A stretch of 64,000 nucleotides of DNA, from positions 186,001 to 250,000 of the forward strand of contig JAPETS010000026.1 in assembly GCA_026023565.1 (NCBI GenBank), given 5' to 3'. A program made the translations under genes and the position numbers. Source of the stretch: Cirrosporium novae-zelandiae. Lineage: Eukaryota. The notes beneath the pieces were generated by a model that saw only the letters and a list, made by a program, of their open reading frames with translations, was not told the origin of the DNA and did not search any database. Position 1 is the stretch's first letter. Every line of letters starts with the position of its first letter. Of the stretch, positions 25,151 to 38,043 are shown piece after piece.

Positions 25151-27676
25151 ATGGCTGAGCTCTCTGTCAGTAATCTCGAGGCGATCAAAATTCTTCCGGT
25201 CAAAAACGGGTTTGCTCCTTTCTGTACTATATCGAAATTGAAATATTTTAACTCTTATGCCAGCCTTGAGGAGGCCATCGATCAAGTCTTACGCGACAAA
25301 TCCAGCTCAAATACGTAACAACTTCTCGGATTGACGATACAACTAATGAATTGTAGATGGGAAAAATTTAATACTCGATTTTGTATTAGTATTTCAAAAT
25401 CTTCCAGAAACCCGACCTTTAATTGGTGACTTTTCCAGACTTATCATCTAAATTATTTCGAACACGATTGATATCAATATTTTTGTTACTTTCCTGAAAT
25501 CTATCTTCATCGAAACTGAAGATACGGAAATATAGGCGGCTTTTATTTATCTTATTATCCAGATAAGGCCGGCTCCACAGCCAAAAACCCTTCCACTATC
25601 TCTTCTATTCTTCGTATCCTCCGTTCAGCAAACATTATAGTCCTTCAATACAAGCTAATTTACGAATATATCCGAATTTAGAGAATATATTAATTTTATA
25701 TTCAAATCGGAGATGAAAGATAATTTAATAATCGATCATCCGTATTTTTTTGATATATATTTCGGTGGTGTGACTCAGCTGAAGGAAATATCTCAAATAA
25801 TATTTGAAATATACAAGAATATAGAGCCTCCGTTATATACGGAAAATACCGGTTGGTTAGATTGGCCAAAAGGCTGTGCAGAAATAGAAATATTATACTG
25901 GTTCCAGAAATAGATCGATCAGTTTATTCTATTTGCAAAAAACCATAGTTTCCAATCTCTAAATTGCCGACGATATTTTATTATACCAAATAAACCAATA
26001 CATAGATCGGTCAGTAAACGAAAGCTAAATATAAATATCAGATATAATTTAAAAAATAGAGATCAAAATTGGCAAGAAAAGCCCGGAAATAATAAAAATG
26101 AGTTGAATACAAATTGGTCCAAGATTCTTGTATCTGGAAAACTGAAATCTAATCCCTAAAAAAACAATTATAATAGCACCTGGTTAGATCTTACTCGATA
26201 TATTCGAAAAATATTTAAAATATAGGATATACGCCGATTTACTCTTAGCTTTACTTTTTACGGATTATTACTGCGACTCTGGGAATTCGATCGACTAAAA
26301 AAAATCGTATCTTTATCGTTCGATATCCAGAAAAACGGTTTCAAATTAATATCTGTTATATTAGGTTATCTGTGGATGGATAATAAAGAACTGGGATTTG
26401 ATTTGAGTGTTTCCTGAGAAAACGACGCCAAATATCTAGAAATTTCAAAGAACAATCAAATAGAGCGGTTATATTTAGAAATATTGATAATACGTTATTC
26501 TGCGGTAGTCGGTCGAGCAACGATCTATTGGAAAGCTTATCTCAGTAAAAATAAAATATAGATTCTGGCAGTCAAGGATTCTTGGCAATACGAGGAACGA
26601 CCGGAGGAGGGTCTGTTATTGAAGAAAGTAACTGAACTCGGAGTAATTAATATAGTACGATATTATTGTTATGAAACTGTGTACGTAGAAGGTGCTATTG
26701 ACGATATCCGCCATAATATACGAAAAAAGTTAAAAGAAGAAGATAGGAGGAGTATATTCCGACAGCGACGGACGATCAAATCCGAAACTATTATAGGATC
26801 TATCACGCCTGGAAATTCAATGATAGAGAGATTCAAAGGCAACAACAGCAGCAGAAACAGGAATATCACCCGAAAACGGTTATTAAGCTCGCTCCAAACA
26901 TCTATACCACCGCCCCTAAAACGTTCATATTCAATCTCTCCGGTCAAATAAGACCAAGCCCGATTACAACAAAATCGTGTCTATCGTCGTATAGTGATGC
27001 GTGATATTGGGAAGAGTATCTATTTAGCCAGCTCTCGAGTGGTGACACTTAAAGGACTACTGGGAGCAATTAGAGGTAAGTACATAAAAAATATTTCATA
27101 GCTTCACTGATGGGTTTAGGACATGAATCACTGTTGGATATCCATATTCTTCATCGCGATATATCGGCTGGCAATATTATACTGAATAAGGCAGAGGATG
27201 ACGGGTTTTTGATTGATCTTGATTTTGCCGTTAAGATCGATCACAAAAAAATATCTGGAGCACCTAATAAAACCGGCACAAAGATCTTTATAACGATAGG
27301 CGTTTTTGACGGTAAACAGTATAGCTTCCTATATAATCTGGAATCATTTTTCTGGATCTTATTCTGGATGTGTATCCACTGCACCGGCCCGGATGGATAG
27401 AATAGGAAAACACGATTCGAAAACTGGAATTATAAACCGGTCGATGAGCTTGTAAGAGAGAAAGCTGGTCTAGCAACGCGCGTAAGGCAATTCGTATTAG
27501 TAATGGATGAATATATTACAGATTACTGCCAGTCTTTGGTTCTATGGTTTAATAAGCTATATGATGTTGTTTTTCCCAACCATCAGATACGTGCGAGTGA
27601 AGATCGAAATTTATATTCTGCGATAAAAATTGTCCTTCAGCAGGCTCTAGATAACCCAGAGGTTCAGGCTCAATAA
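25151..27676 (+). pseudogene. RIP-inactivated FunK1 (fungal-type) protein kinase
   Basis: GWLDWPKG, ILVSGKLKSNP, LRLWEFDRL, VKDSWQYEERPEEG, LHRDISAGNII, GFLIDLDFA, TGTKIF; multiple premature stops. Confidence 0.9.
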
Positions 27677-28399
27677 GTTACGTGAGCCCGATCAGATATG
27701 ATTATACAGTGACTACTATAATCTAAGATCTTTAATTAATTTGATTAAACTTATTGTTCGATTTCTGACACCGGAGCCCAGCCAATTTAATATATTCGGG
27801 ATTTAATTTTAACTATATAATCGTAGTGGAATGGGTCTTTGATAAAGAAATGATGACGAAGATTAGTAGACTTAGCTTTCTAGAGGTTCTTTGTAAATTT
27901 CACACGTCTTTTTTATCACCTGCCCTCTTGCTGGATTATAATTTTAGGTGTTAGCGAATACTGTTTTCCTATTCATCTTGCCTATCCTGCTCTACTCTAT
28001 AGCTCTCTCAAAGCCTATCGATACCTCGAAGGTCTCAGCGACTGAAGACGAGTTGACGCATTGAATATTATAATTTTGAGGGACATTTTGCATACCATAG
28101 GGAACAGAACGCCCATGGCGAACCACATCCCCGGTGGGATGCGCTACCGCGTGGTGATTATCGCCCATGTGGGAGGCAAATCCCATGAAGGTTGTTATTT
28201 CTTATGGGATTAGGTGTCCTGTGGGATCTGTAGCCCATGGGGAATCAAAATCCCATGAGGGACCCCATAAATTATAGGACGGGGTCCTAATTGTGATGTC
28301 CCATTGAATAATACCCACTAGCTGATGATGACAGTATTTTACTAGTATCGTTCCATTTCTATTGAGATTTAGATACTAGGGTTCAGTTCATTCATAAGC

Positions 28400-29630
28400 C
28401 TTCATTGCAAACTCCTTAATGCGTACTATGATTTTTTTATGATTTATCAACGTGCTTATGCAAGCCCCTATTTGCCAAAATTGCCCGAAAGATATTTCAT
28501 GGCAGGGAGAGTATGGGCCTATGGCCTATATTCACCTATCAAAAGTCTATCCAAGTTATCTGGAGCTTTCGAGCATATAATGGGTTTCATTCATTTCGTT
28601 TATCCGATGATGCAACTGTTTTATGAAACTGTGCCCATTTTTGAATGCAGATGGATGAAAATGATAGGAGACCTTGGGCGTTACGGTATGGCCGCTAACC
28701 CTGAGGTTTGGGCTGAAACTTCACGCTATTGGTATTTGAAGGTTATTGACAAAAATTATCATATTGGACTTCTTTATCATCATTTAGCTACTATTAAGTC
28801 TACCCCTCTACAACAATTTATCTCTATACCCGATCTTTGACTTTTTGAATAATATTCCGGAAAGCGACGATGGATTGGCAAGAATGTTTATCCAAATGCA
28901 CAATACCATACTCCGAAATTTATCCACCGACGTGCAAAGTATGATTAAACTTCCAGAACTACTCGACTATCACATCAGCAGTGCGCCGATGAAGTTTAAA
29001 GAAGAAGGCCCTTGGATTGCGGTTGCCAATCATGCAGCATTGTTCGAGTACGGAGCACCCCACTCGATATTTGCACGTGGATATAAAAGTCGGTTTTCCG
29101 ATGAAGCTCTTGAGATTACTGAAACCGACCCCCAGTTAACTCGAGAATCCCTTGAAACAATTCGACATGTATCTAAATTGACATTCGGCCTTTTTTTGCG
29201 TATTCTGCGGCGTTCAAAGGATATGCACATCCATAATTATTTGCATGTTACTTTGGTTTTTTTATCCAGCCTTGCGTCTGTTGATGAAGCTATGAAACTC
29301 GTTGAATCAGACATTCCTTGGAAAGCTCTTGCAGAATACCTGAACATGTTAGCGGGGTCGAAGGGCGATACTCTCCTTTATGATCAAAGCAGGCCCTTAC
29401 CTGAGGATTACGTCATTCGTGGCCAGATATGGTCTGTGAAGAATTACCCTAATGACTGGTTTGAGACAAATGAAAGGCCTAAACTCGACGAAGAACGTTC
29501 TCTCGATCTTCCGCCAATGAAGGTATCCCGCATCGCAAGAATCTTAACTTTATCTTTTGATCTTGCTTCGTTCGGGAAATGGCTGATCTATGATAAGGAT
29601 TCTAACCGATTTTCAACACCATATGTTTAA
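28400..29630 (+). pseudogene. Second Est1/SMG6-like paralogue, apparently 5'-truncated and frameshifted, not RIPped
   Basis: FYETVPIFECRWMKMIGDLGRY, LYHHLA, RPLPEDYVIRGQIW, DEERSLDLP; frame break near 28820-28845 with no GT-AG intron. Confidence 0.7.
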
Positions 29631-29920
29631 GAGAATTCCCTTGCTATTATAGCAGAGACTGAAAGGCCTAAACTAATATCAAAACAGCAAGTGCACCGCT
29701 CTATTAGTAGGGAGAGCTGAATTTTTTTCTAAGACTATGGAAAAAGGGTCAAAGCTTTTGCATAATTATTATTAGCGCCGTCCTTGGCCAATCTTCATTT
29801 ACTGTCCACAGTATTCAATGAAGATAAGGTGCATGTTCGACACCTTAGGAGATGAGTCTTCTATATGCCATAACTAGATTAAAATCAAGCAATTGCTGGG
29901 CTGCTATTCAAGCTTTCCTT

Positions 29921-30479
29921 TCAAGCCCTTTCCCGTCCATCCACACGGACAATCACTGGAGAGACATCTAAAGTAGGAGGTAAAACAACTTTAGACCTTC
30001 TCAAATTCCTTGTAGCTTCATCTGATCTTATTTTCTCGATATTTAAATGAGGGAGCCTAGCACGTTTTCCCGACCGGCATTCCTCCTTTTCTTCCGTCTC
30101 ATTCATCGGCGCGGTCAATTTCAACAGCTCAGTGGTGTTTTGGGTAGGCGAGGATAATGTCTCGAAATCTTTCGGTCCGAACCGTGTTGGGACTGGATAA
30201 ACCTTGTTCTGTGTTTAACGGTTAACGTGAGTTGGATCAGCATATATTTCATTGGGAACATACGAGGCCGTCATCCGGTGGAGGCCATTGAGGGCAGTCA
30301 GAGGAATTGTATACGTAGTATCTCTCATTCCTATGAATAACAAGGTAGACTTCAGCTTCACACATGAGTTTCATCTCATGGGCTTTCTTAAGTAAGTTGA
30401 TCTTTCTCCTTCGGAATCTTTCACGGCCCCGTTTTTCGCTAAGGTGTTCAGGCAGTTTGGCTGGCTTAATGCTGAACAT
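29921..30479 (-). CDS. MADS-box (SRF-like) domain protein, 2 exons
   Basis: RERFRRRKINLLKKAHEMKLMCEAEVYLVI...YVYNS...WPP; intron ~30262-30210 leads into ORF 29921. Confidence 0.8.
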
Positions 30480-30801
30480 GTTGTAAAATGGATGTGATAT
30501 GATATTCAAGTTCCATGGGCTATTGCCTTCTTAAAAGTTTATGGCTACTTTCTGGTGTCGGTTGGCGCCTCTGTTATGCGCCGACAATCTTTATACTCAC
30601 CACCCCGTCTACACTCACACCCACTGTTTATGCGCCAGGTAGCGCTTGATTTATTATCGGTAACTCATCGCTGCAACTAAAAATAAATTATATTTTTCAT
30701 TATACTTGGAGCTGAAAGCACTCCCTGGTCTAGGGGGTAACTACCTGAGTATTTATACGTTACTTTGCCTATATTTCCTAGCTTACTTAGATACTGCAAC
30801 G

Positions 30802-32525
30802 ATGGAGCCAACTCAAATTTATGGCATCGTTGTCGGGGCAATTTTGTTAAATCTTTTCGCATTTACTATGGCCAGGCGGGTCCTGCGCTTTCTTAATTCT
30901 CATTTTTACTACCGACTCCTTCATCATATTATATATCCAGTCATTTTCCGGCGCCACAAATTTGTAGCTCCTATGACTCGATTTCGGATCTTCTTACTAT
31001 TACTATATTGGTTTGGGACTCTTGCATGCAATATTACTGGTGTCCGATCTCGACGTGAAGCTGCTACACGTGCTGGAACAATATCCGTGATACACTTGGT
31101 CCCTTTGTTATTTAGCCATCGTCTCAGTTTTGCGGCTGACCTTATTGGGCTTTCCATTCGTACTTATGCCGATGTACATTGCACATGGGGCATCATGGCC
31201 TTTGTTCAAGCCTTAGCACATGTCATTATTATGCTTCAAGATACGGCCTTCAGTCTTAAAAGCCCGACCGGCTTATATGGTTTCATTGTAAGTTTTCCCA
31301 CCTCATATACACACAGCTAATACTGCCACCAGGCTGCACTGACTCTAGCTGTCATTTTGATCCTGTCTTTGCCACCAATACGGAATCGCTTCCATGAATT
31401 TTTCATGATAAGCCATGTGACATTTATTGTACTGTTGATCTATTCTATATGGCGCCATTTTTCTACCAACAAAGCCTTTGCATTATTGTATATTTTTATT
31501 GCATGCGCTCTATTTTCTTTTACCACTAGCCTTCAAGTAGCCCGTTTTATATTTCGAAATTTAGTCCCTGGAAAGCCGTCAACTACGGCCATGATCGAAT
31601 CAAAGGGAGACGCTCTCAGGGTGACTCTACAGCTTCCGCGACCATGGAGAGTTCGAGCTGGCCAGCATATTTACCTTTGGGTACCTGGGGTTGATGGTAT
31701 ATGGTCGATTTTCCAAAGTCATCCATTCTCAATTGCTTGGTGGAGGGAAGACTTTACCGGCAATGCATTTTCTGTGGCCCTTCTTATCAAACCAAAGTCT
31801 GGTCTTACTAGTAAATTCCTCGAGCATATTGGGACTAAAACAACAGCTTGGATTGACGGCCCTTACGGAAAGCCTCCTAGCTGGGGGAAATATGGTTGTG
31901 TAGTTTTGTTCGCAACCGGTATCGGTATTGCTGCGCAAATGCCATACATCAAAGAGCTTCTATTGTCCTATCACCGTGGTCATGTTCATACTCGGCATGT
32001 TATACTCATTTGGGAGCTGGAAGCTGAGTGTACGATATTCCTAGTAGGTGGTATTGACAACTGGTTAACTTCGAAGTAGGTCAGCAAGATTGGGTCGCTG
32101 AATGGATGGACGATTTCCTTCAGAGTGATAAATCCTCACAAATTTTAAAAATATCACTTTATATCGCTAAAGGGTTCAACAATCCTCAAAGTGCGTATGG
32201 GGGAGCAGTGAGATATGGTTCCAAAGAACGACTCGCTAAATTATATGGCATCGCCGATCTGAAATTGGTTCTGAGGAATCAGCTAGCAGAGCATCACGGT
32301 CGGACACTTGTAATTGGTAATATATCTCCTTCAAAATCTATGGTATAGATCTCTAATAATCATACAGTCTCTGCGGAGAATTTACGACGTGATAAAATGA
32401 GAGAGGAGATAAACAAGCTTAAACACGATCAAATCGAGCTTTTGGAATTGGATTTTCAGCCTAATGAACAAGGAATATCGCGGGCTTCGAAGAAAGGAAT
32501 TGTTCAGCATGAAGGAGTAATTTGA
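30802..32525 (+). CDS. Ferric reductase / NADPH-oxidase-like transmembrane flavocytochrome (FRE), 4 exons
   Basis: TM helices with paired His; FAD motif QSHPFSI, DGPYG, NADPH motif ATGIGIAAQ, terminal ELDFQP; introns ~31288, ~32029, ~32318. Confidence 0.9.
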
Positions 32526-32542
32526 TAGAATTCCAGTGGAAG

Positions 32543-32592
32543 AGAGGTCCCCTGTAAGAGCAGGTCGCTTTCTGAGGCAGGTCCTCCTTACT
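32543..32592 (+). promoter_or_regulatory. 17-bp-periodic AGGTC(C) motif array 1
   Basis: AGGTC at 32545, 32562 and 32579; TATAAAT at 32611. Confidence 0.6.
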
Positions 32593-32694
32593 AGATTACA
32601 CTAGCCTACCTATAAATTCTAGAGCGTAGCATTCACGATGACCATATCACATCAATTTTCTGCAGGAACAGAATCTATTTGTGTCTAAACTTCT

Positions 32695-33551
32695 ATGATG
32701 AATTATTGGAATTGTTTTTATTTCTTGTGGGCTTTTTGTAGCTCCATAAGGCTGGCATCTTCACACTCCTGGATAGAGGACCTTGTCCAAACGCACGAAA
32801 TAAACGAGAGTACCTTGGTGGGCCACATCGGATATTCCCGCGGTTACGGTAGACACCATATGTGCATTTTCTTTCTTTCTCTTGTTAACCTTACTCCTTT
32901 TTAGTGCCACGAACTATTCTTCAAGGCGACGCAAGAGTTCCTAATCCTAAATTCAGCGATGCTGCTATGACTTATTTGCTTCCCCCAAATGAACGTCTAA
33001 GTAATTTCATCCTTAGTACTGATCCAATCTGCATGACTAGTCAACAAAACTTCAACGAAACGGCAAACAGCCCAACCTTGCGTGCACAAGCCGGGTCGTT
33101 CATCGTCCTACGTTATCAAGAAAACGGCCACGTTACCCTTCCATCGCTTGGGAAACCGCCACGAGCCGGTCGAACCTTTGTATATGGAACAACACAGGCA
33201 GAGTCGTCTTTTACCTTGAAGGAAATACATAAAGTCTGGAGAAGAGGTTCTAGTGATTCTCAGAAAGGAGTTTTGCTATCCGAGCAGGAATTTGATGATG
33301 GGAGATGCTTTCAAGTAAACGAATCAGAAGAATCGAAAAAGCGCCAGAAAGTAGCGGGTTATCCTATCGATCCTATCCAAGGTTCTGATCTTTGGTGTCG
33401 GAATGTGATTAAGCTACCGGAAAATTTAAAGGAAGAAGATGTTTATACCCTTTATTGGGTTTGGGATTGGCCTACGGTGCCTGGTACAGCAGGAGCTCCA
33501 GAGGGGAAGGTGGAGATTTATACTACTTGTATTGATATTCTGATTATCTGA
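32695..33551 (+). CDS. Secreted protein with predicted mature N-terminal His (DUF7492-like, LPMO-like)
   Basis: Signal peptide then HSWIEDL; GYSRGY, LRYQENGHVTLP, FDDGRCFQ, YTLYWVWDWPT, EIYTTCIDI; intron ~32849-32904. Confidence 0.8.
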
Positions 33552-33593
33552 AACTAAACTTGTATAGGCTAATGTCATGAAATCTAATGTATA

Positions 33594-34010
33594 TTAAATC
33601 ATGATTGGTATTTCCGCTGTTTCCGCATCCAGATCAATACCCCAATACTCCGAGAACCGCTTTTCAGATGCTGCCACTTTTTCGGACATATCTTGTAAAG
33701 CATACTGAAGAATTTCAAAAGCTCTCGTCGTTTTTTCATGTAATTGTAAAAGAGCTGCTCTAACTTCTTGATGGTACACAATCTCTTGACGTAGAGATCC
33801 AACTTCGCGAACTAGTTCCTCCAGCCTTGAATTGGGAGTACCAGTAGGAGTATCCTTTGCCTTTTGCAATGCGCGAGGTGACATTTGAAGGGTAGAAGTG
33901 GTTCCCCCATGAGTTGCAATAAGGTGGTCGAGGCTTGTAACCTCTACAGGGTTTCCACGTTGTGGTCTAGGAGGGTAGCGTCTTTTATCTTGATACTCCA
34001 CAGTAGACAT
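33594..34010 (-). CDS. Small coiled-coil hypothetical protein
   Basis: 138-aa ORF with heptad region RLEELVREVGSLRQEI. Confidence 0.7.
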   Translation of the reverse strand: MSTVEYQDKRRYPPRPQRGNPVEVTSLDHLIATHGGTTSTLQMSPRALQKAKDTPTGTPNSRLEELVREVGSLRQEIVYHQEVRAALLQLHEKTTRAFEILQYALQDMSEKVAASEKRFSEYWGIDLDAETAEIPIMI

Positions 34011-34199
34011 TGAGTTTAATACTGTAATTATGAGTAGACGAAAATATATTAATATATCTCATATCAGAATGCTCACCGAAATTTATTAATAATTTTATAG
34101 TTTTAAGTAATCTTTTAAGTCTTTTGGTTCGTAACTGTTAGGTGAATAATGATGTTCGAGGCGGAGGTATAGAGGTAAATTAAAGGCTTTAGTAATTAC

Positions 34200-34250
34200 T
34201 GTCCTAGGTGGATGTCCTCCGTAAAGAGAGGTCCTGCTTTTAGGAGACCC
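34200..34250 (+). promoter_or_regulatory. 17-bp-periodic GTCCT motif array 2, in a divergent promoter
   Basis: GTCCT at 34214 and 34231 (also at 34201). Confidence 0.55.
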
Positions 34251-34323
34251 TGGCACTTTAAATAGCAGCACGAAAGCACTCTGTTAGTATAACTAAACAC
34301 CGAGATTAATTTTTAGAATAATT

Positions 34324-35392
34324 ATGGACCAAACTCGAAGACTGACAACATTTCCTCGAACGCAAGATTATGTTGCTCCGTCGGCAGCTCCATTATCCCT
34401 AGAATCTGCCACCCCTAAACCTCTTCATAAGCGCCCACGTGATTCTCCTCATTTTCATCTACCTATCAAGCAACCATTCCCCCAACACCTACATTACCAA
34501 ACTCCTTGGCACCATTTCCAACCATTTCTAAAGTACAATCATAAAGGACCTGCTATTATGGTTTATCAAAGTAACGACGCAATGGCTGTGAAATCTATGA
34601 AAATAACAAGGGGGTGGCAAGAGAGTGCTTTCAAAACAGTTCAACGCCCATCGCATCCGAACCTTGTTCCCCTTGAATGCGCATATCTGGATAAAGATAC
34701 GGTATACTTTGTCTATGATCACATGGACATCTCTCTCGCTCAACTTCAAGCTTCGCCAAAAGGAAAGCTCGAGTCATTTGAGATTGCAATTATCTGTAGA
34801 GAAGCAAGATATTTTCACCCCAGATTTAAAAACATTAAAGGCTAATCGATCCATAGGTCCTAGCTGGTATCAACTACATTCATACTGAGTTGAAAATCCA
34901 GCACGGAGCGATTGTTGCCGATAATGTTCTCTTGAATCGAGATGGAAATATCAAAATAGGTAGGATGGGTTATCACTAGCGGAACACTGCTCACGTTGAA
35001 TATAGCGAACATAGGTGAAAGTATGCTTAATGGCAAAAGCGTCGATGATCGAAGAAAAGATCACCGAGCCCTCGGTTTGATCATGGTGCAACTTATGGAA
35101 CCTCGAACACATATTACTGACCCCACTACACTCAAATTACAGCATCCGGAGAGATGGGATTCGCAAATACGCGATTTCCTAATGCAAACAGAGCTAGCTA
35201 CTTCCAGATCCCTTGCTGAGGTTAGTCTTTTTATCTTGAATTGGGACTTAACTAACACTAACTTAGCATGAATTTCTTGAAAGAGGGAAGGCATCCCAGT
35301 GGTTTAGACAACATGTGTATATCACTGAATCGACAATGTTTAGAGACTGGGAATTACTTGATTCGGATATAAAGGATATTCAGTTTGAATAG
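34324..35392 (+). CDS. Protein-kinase-fold pseudokinase, 4 exons
   Basis: MAVK, SHPNLVPL, ICRE/VLAGINYIH, HGAIVADNVLL, KIANIG; first intron is GC-AG (~34804-34856). Confidence 0.8.
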
Positions 35393-35866
35393 AGTACTTT
35401 GTTTTTTTTTCCATGTTGACAATACTATATATTTCCCAAAATATCCCGTGAGTATTTTTTATTCATTTCTCTTGTCCAAACCTCGGTAGCATCTTCAATT
35501 CCAAGAATGTCCATCGGCTTAACTGCGACGCTACCCGTAGCGGCTCGTAATCCGAAAACAAGATGCTGCGTAATAAGAGAAAGGACAAAGGCTATGCCTT
35601 CTAACTATATGCAAAAAAATCTCCCCGAGGGGTGTCATGCTCCGTGAAAAATTAAAAATCGAAGATTCTCACCTGCCCCTCAACTATTAATTTTAGCAGC
35701 CCCTAAGCGTGCGATAGGAGTTAAGCGCTGGATGACAAGTCCAGAGTGATGACATGACCTTGTCTACGCGGCGGTTGGGCATAGCCCTGGGCATTAAAGA
35801 ACCACCTTTCCCTTCCTTCACCTACTACTCTCTAGTCATTTCTTTCATTGCTACAAATTCATCAAT

Positions 35867-37642
35867 ATGGTCTCTCCATCATTACTTACTATTCCCCTAG
35901 AGGTGATGGATAGCATCACAATATATGTCGGTTCAAATTTATTCTTTGTATACTGTTAATATATACTAACTTCGTGTACTATAGCTCCCACATCGTGACC
36001 TTTTTCGCCTGAATCTTTCCTGTAAGGTCCTCCATTACATAACCCAGCCTCGACTACTCGCCACTGCATATGTCGACATTCCTGGACCCTGGCTTGATTT
36101 ACAAGGCAAGAAACGATACCTGCGCACTATAAAACACCTCGAAAGGAACTTGCTATCGGTCAGAACCATGGTTGTACGGGGCAATTCATCTTCTCGATTT
36201 TATGGGTCGCGAAGAACTGAAGAATGGGAAGAAGCGCATCTAGACACGTTCTGTGATACTCTCAAAATACTACCAAACTTAAAGTCCTTCAAGTGAGTTA
36301 TATATTGCTAGATATTGGAGCTCGTTCATAGGTTTCTAGGTTTTGTTTTTTTGAAAATGCAATAACAATGGACTGGCTTTGCGAGGTGTGGGCTACGTTA
36401 TCCAAGTCAAAGAGACTTACTTTTATGGAGACCAATTTCCCCCGTGAAATCGAGAACACCCCATTCGGATTTCCCAAGCTTCGCTCTCTGAAACTTTTCG
36501 TTGGTCTTCGGTCACATGGATCGTTGCCTCTTATGCCAGAGCTCGCACAGCTAGAAGTAGAGTTTCATAGGGACTATACTTTGGACAGGATCAGTCACCA
36601 GCTTCGCGGATTCATCAACTTCAGTCAAATGCCAAAGCTTTTGAGTCTCTATTTAGGAAATATCTGGTTCTTCTCTCAGATTCTGGATACGAGGCCTTCT
36701 AATACGCTCAAAGAACTTATCTTCAAAGGTTGCAGGAACATCTCTACAACCTCGGTCCGTAAATTTTCTTCAGTTCTAAGAAATCTTGTCGTAGTAGCTT
36801 GCTCCTTGGAGCCAACTCGATCGGAAATGGTTCATCTTCCTTATCTTCAGACTTTGGAATTACTTGATTCTCAAGAAGGCGGTGATGACTGTTTGCTGAA
36901 ATATTTGAACTGTCCTCAACTTATTGACCTCAACTTAAAATGCAGATTTGATCAACGGGAAATTGAGTTCGCGACCTCATTATTCATTGAGAGGTGCAAA
37001 CAGTTGAAGGCTTTATTTCTCGCCCTTCACCATGAGTCTTCGAAATCTTACGCCATGTCCGCCGATCTATTCCTTAGCCTCCTGGGACTAGATGATCTCC
37101 ACTATCTCGCTTTTTTGAACGAACATATGATAAGTTGGCGCATGCTAGCTCGGTTGATGGAGGGACGACAAAATTTGGTCGGACTAAGTTTAAGCATAAG
37201 CCTAAACACCTCTGATCCTTCCAGTCAGTGCGTTAACGTAAGTTGTTGTGTATGTGCCTATGGGGATCTGTGAAACTAATAGATTTGCCTTTAGTTACAA
37301 AATATGAAATTGATGTATAGTCCGTATCTTCGAAACCTGTGGCTAAGGACTAGCGAAGTGGGTGTAGAGGGAGAAATTGCGGAACTTCTAATTTGTGACT
37401 GGATAAATGCTAGTAATAGCAGTCAAATACCACCAGCTTTACAGCAGATTATTGTTGAGGGGCAGGTATATAGCATTGAGCAGTTCAAGGCAGGCAACAC
37501 GTTGACACTCGGTCTCAACTGGCTAGTCCAGTTACCTCCAAGCACTATCTTCTGGTGGATGAGGTGTATTGTTCATGAAGATCTTACAGAGCGTTTACCA
37601 CTTGGTTGGGAAATAGAAGGGAGGCCGTCTTGGGAGTTGTAA
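35867..37642 (+). CDS. F-box protein with LRR-like repeats
   Basis: LLTIPLEVMDSITIYLPHRDLFRLNLSCK followed by LxxLxL repeats; three introns. Confidence 0.75.
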
Positions 37643-38043
37643 TTCCAAATTACTGTTTCTGTTACGCTTGTATTGGCAAGGAGGAAATCCGGCTGGTGGT
37701 CCACAATCATATATTATAAGCAAGAATGGTAAAATGTTTTAGTATAGTCCTTCGTCATAGTTGTATATACGCCGTGATAATTATGAAGACCATTTTTATA
37801 TAACTGTTATCATAAAAATTACTTCAATACTTCAATAATTCTATTCAACCCAATCTAGTCTAGCAGACATACTATGACAAAACCACTTCATTATTAGGCG
37901 TAGAAGATCGAAAGTTCAACGTGATTTTACAACGATTCAACGAAGGAGTGGGATGAACAATCGCAGCTTCGCAGATCAATTTGGTTTTATCCTAAATCTA
38001 TTTGGTAAACTAGATACATAGAGTTACAAGGAAAATAACAAAA

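Larger units (their letters stand above)
18300..27850. other. RIP-mutated block (patchy; boundaries approximate)
   Basis: Visible TpA enrichment and CpA/TpG depletion; recognisable genes show TGG>TAG, CAA>TAA and ATG>ATA changes. Confidence 0.8.
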
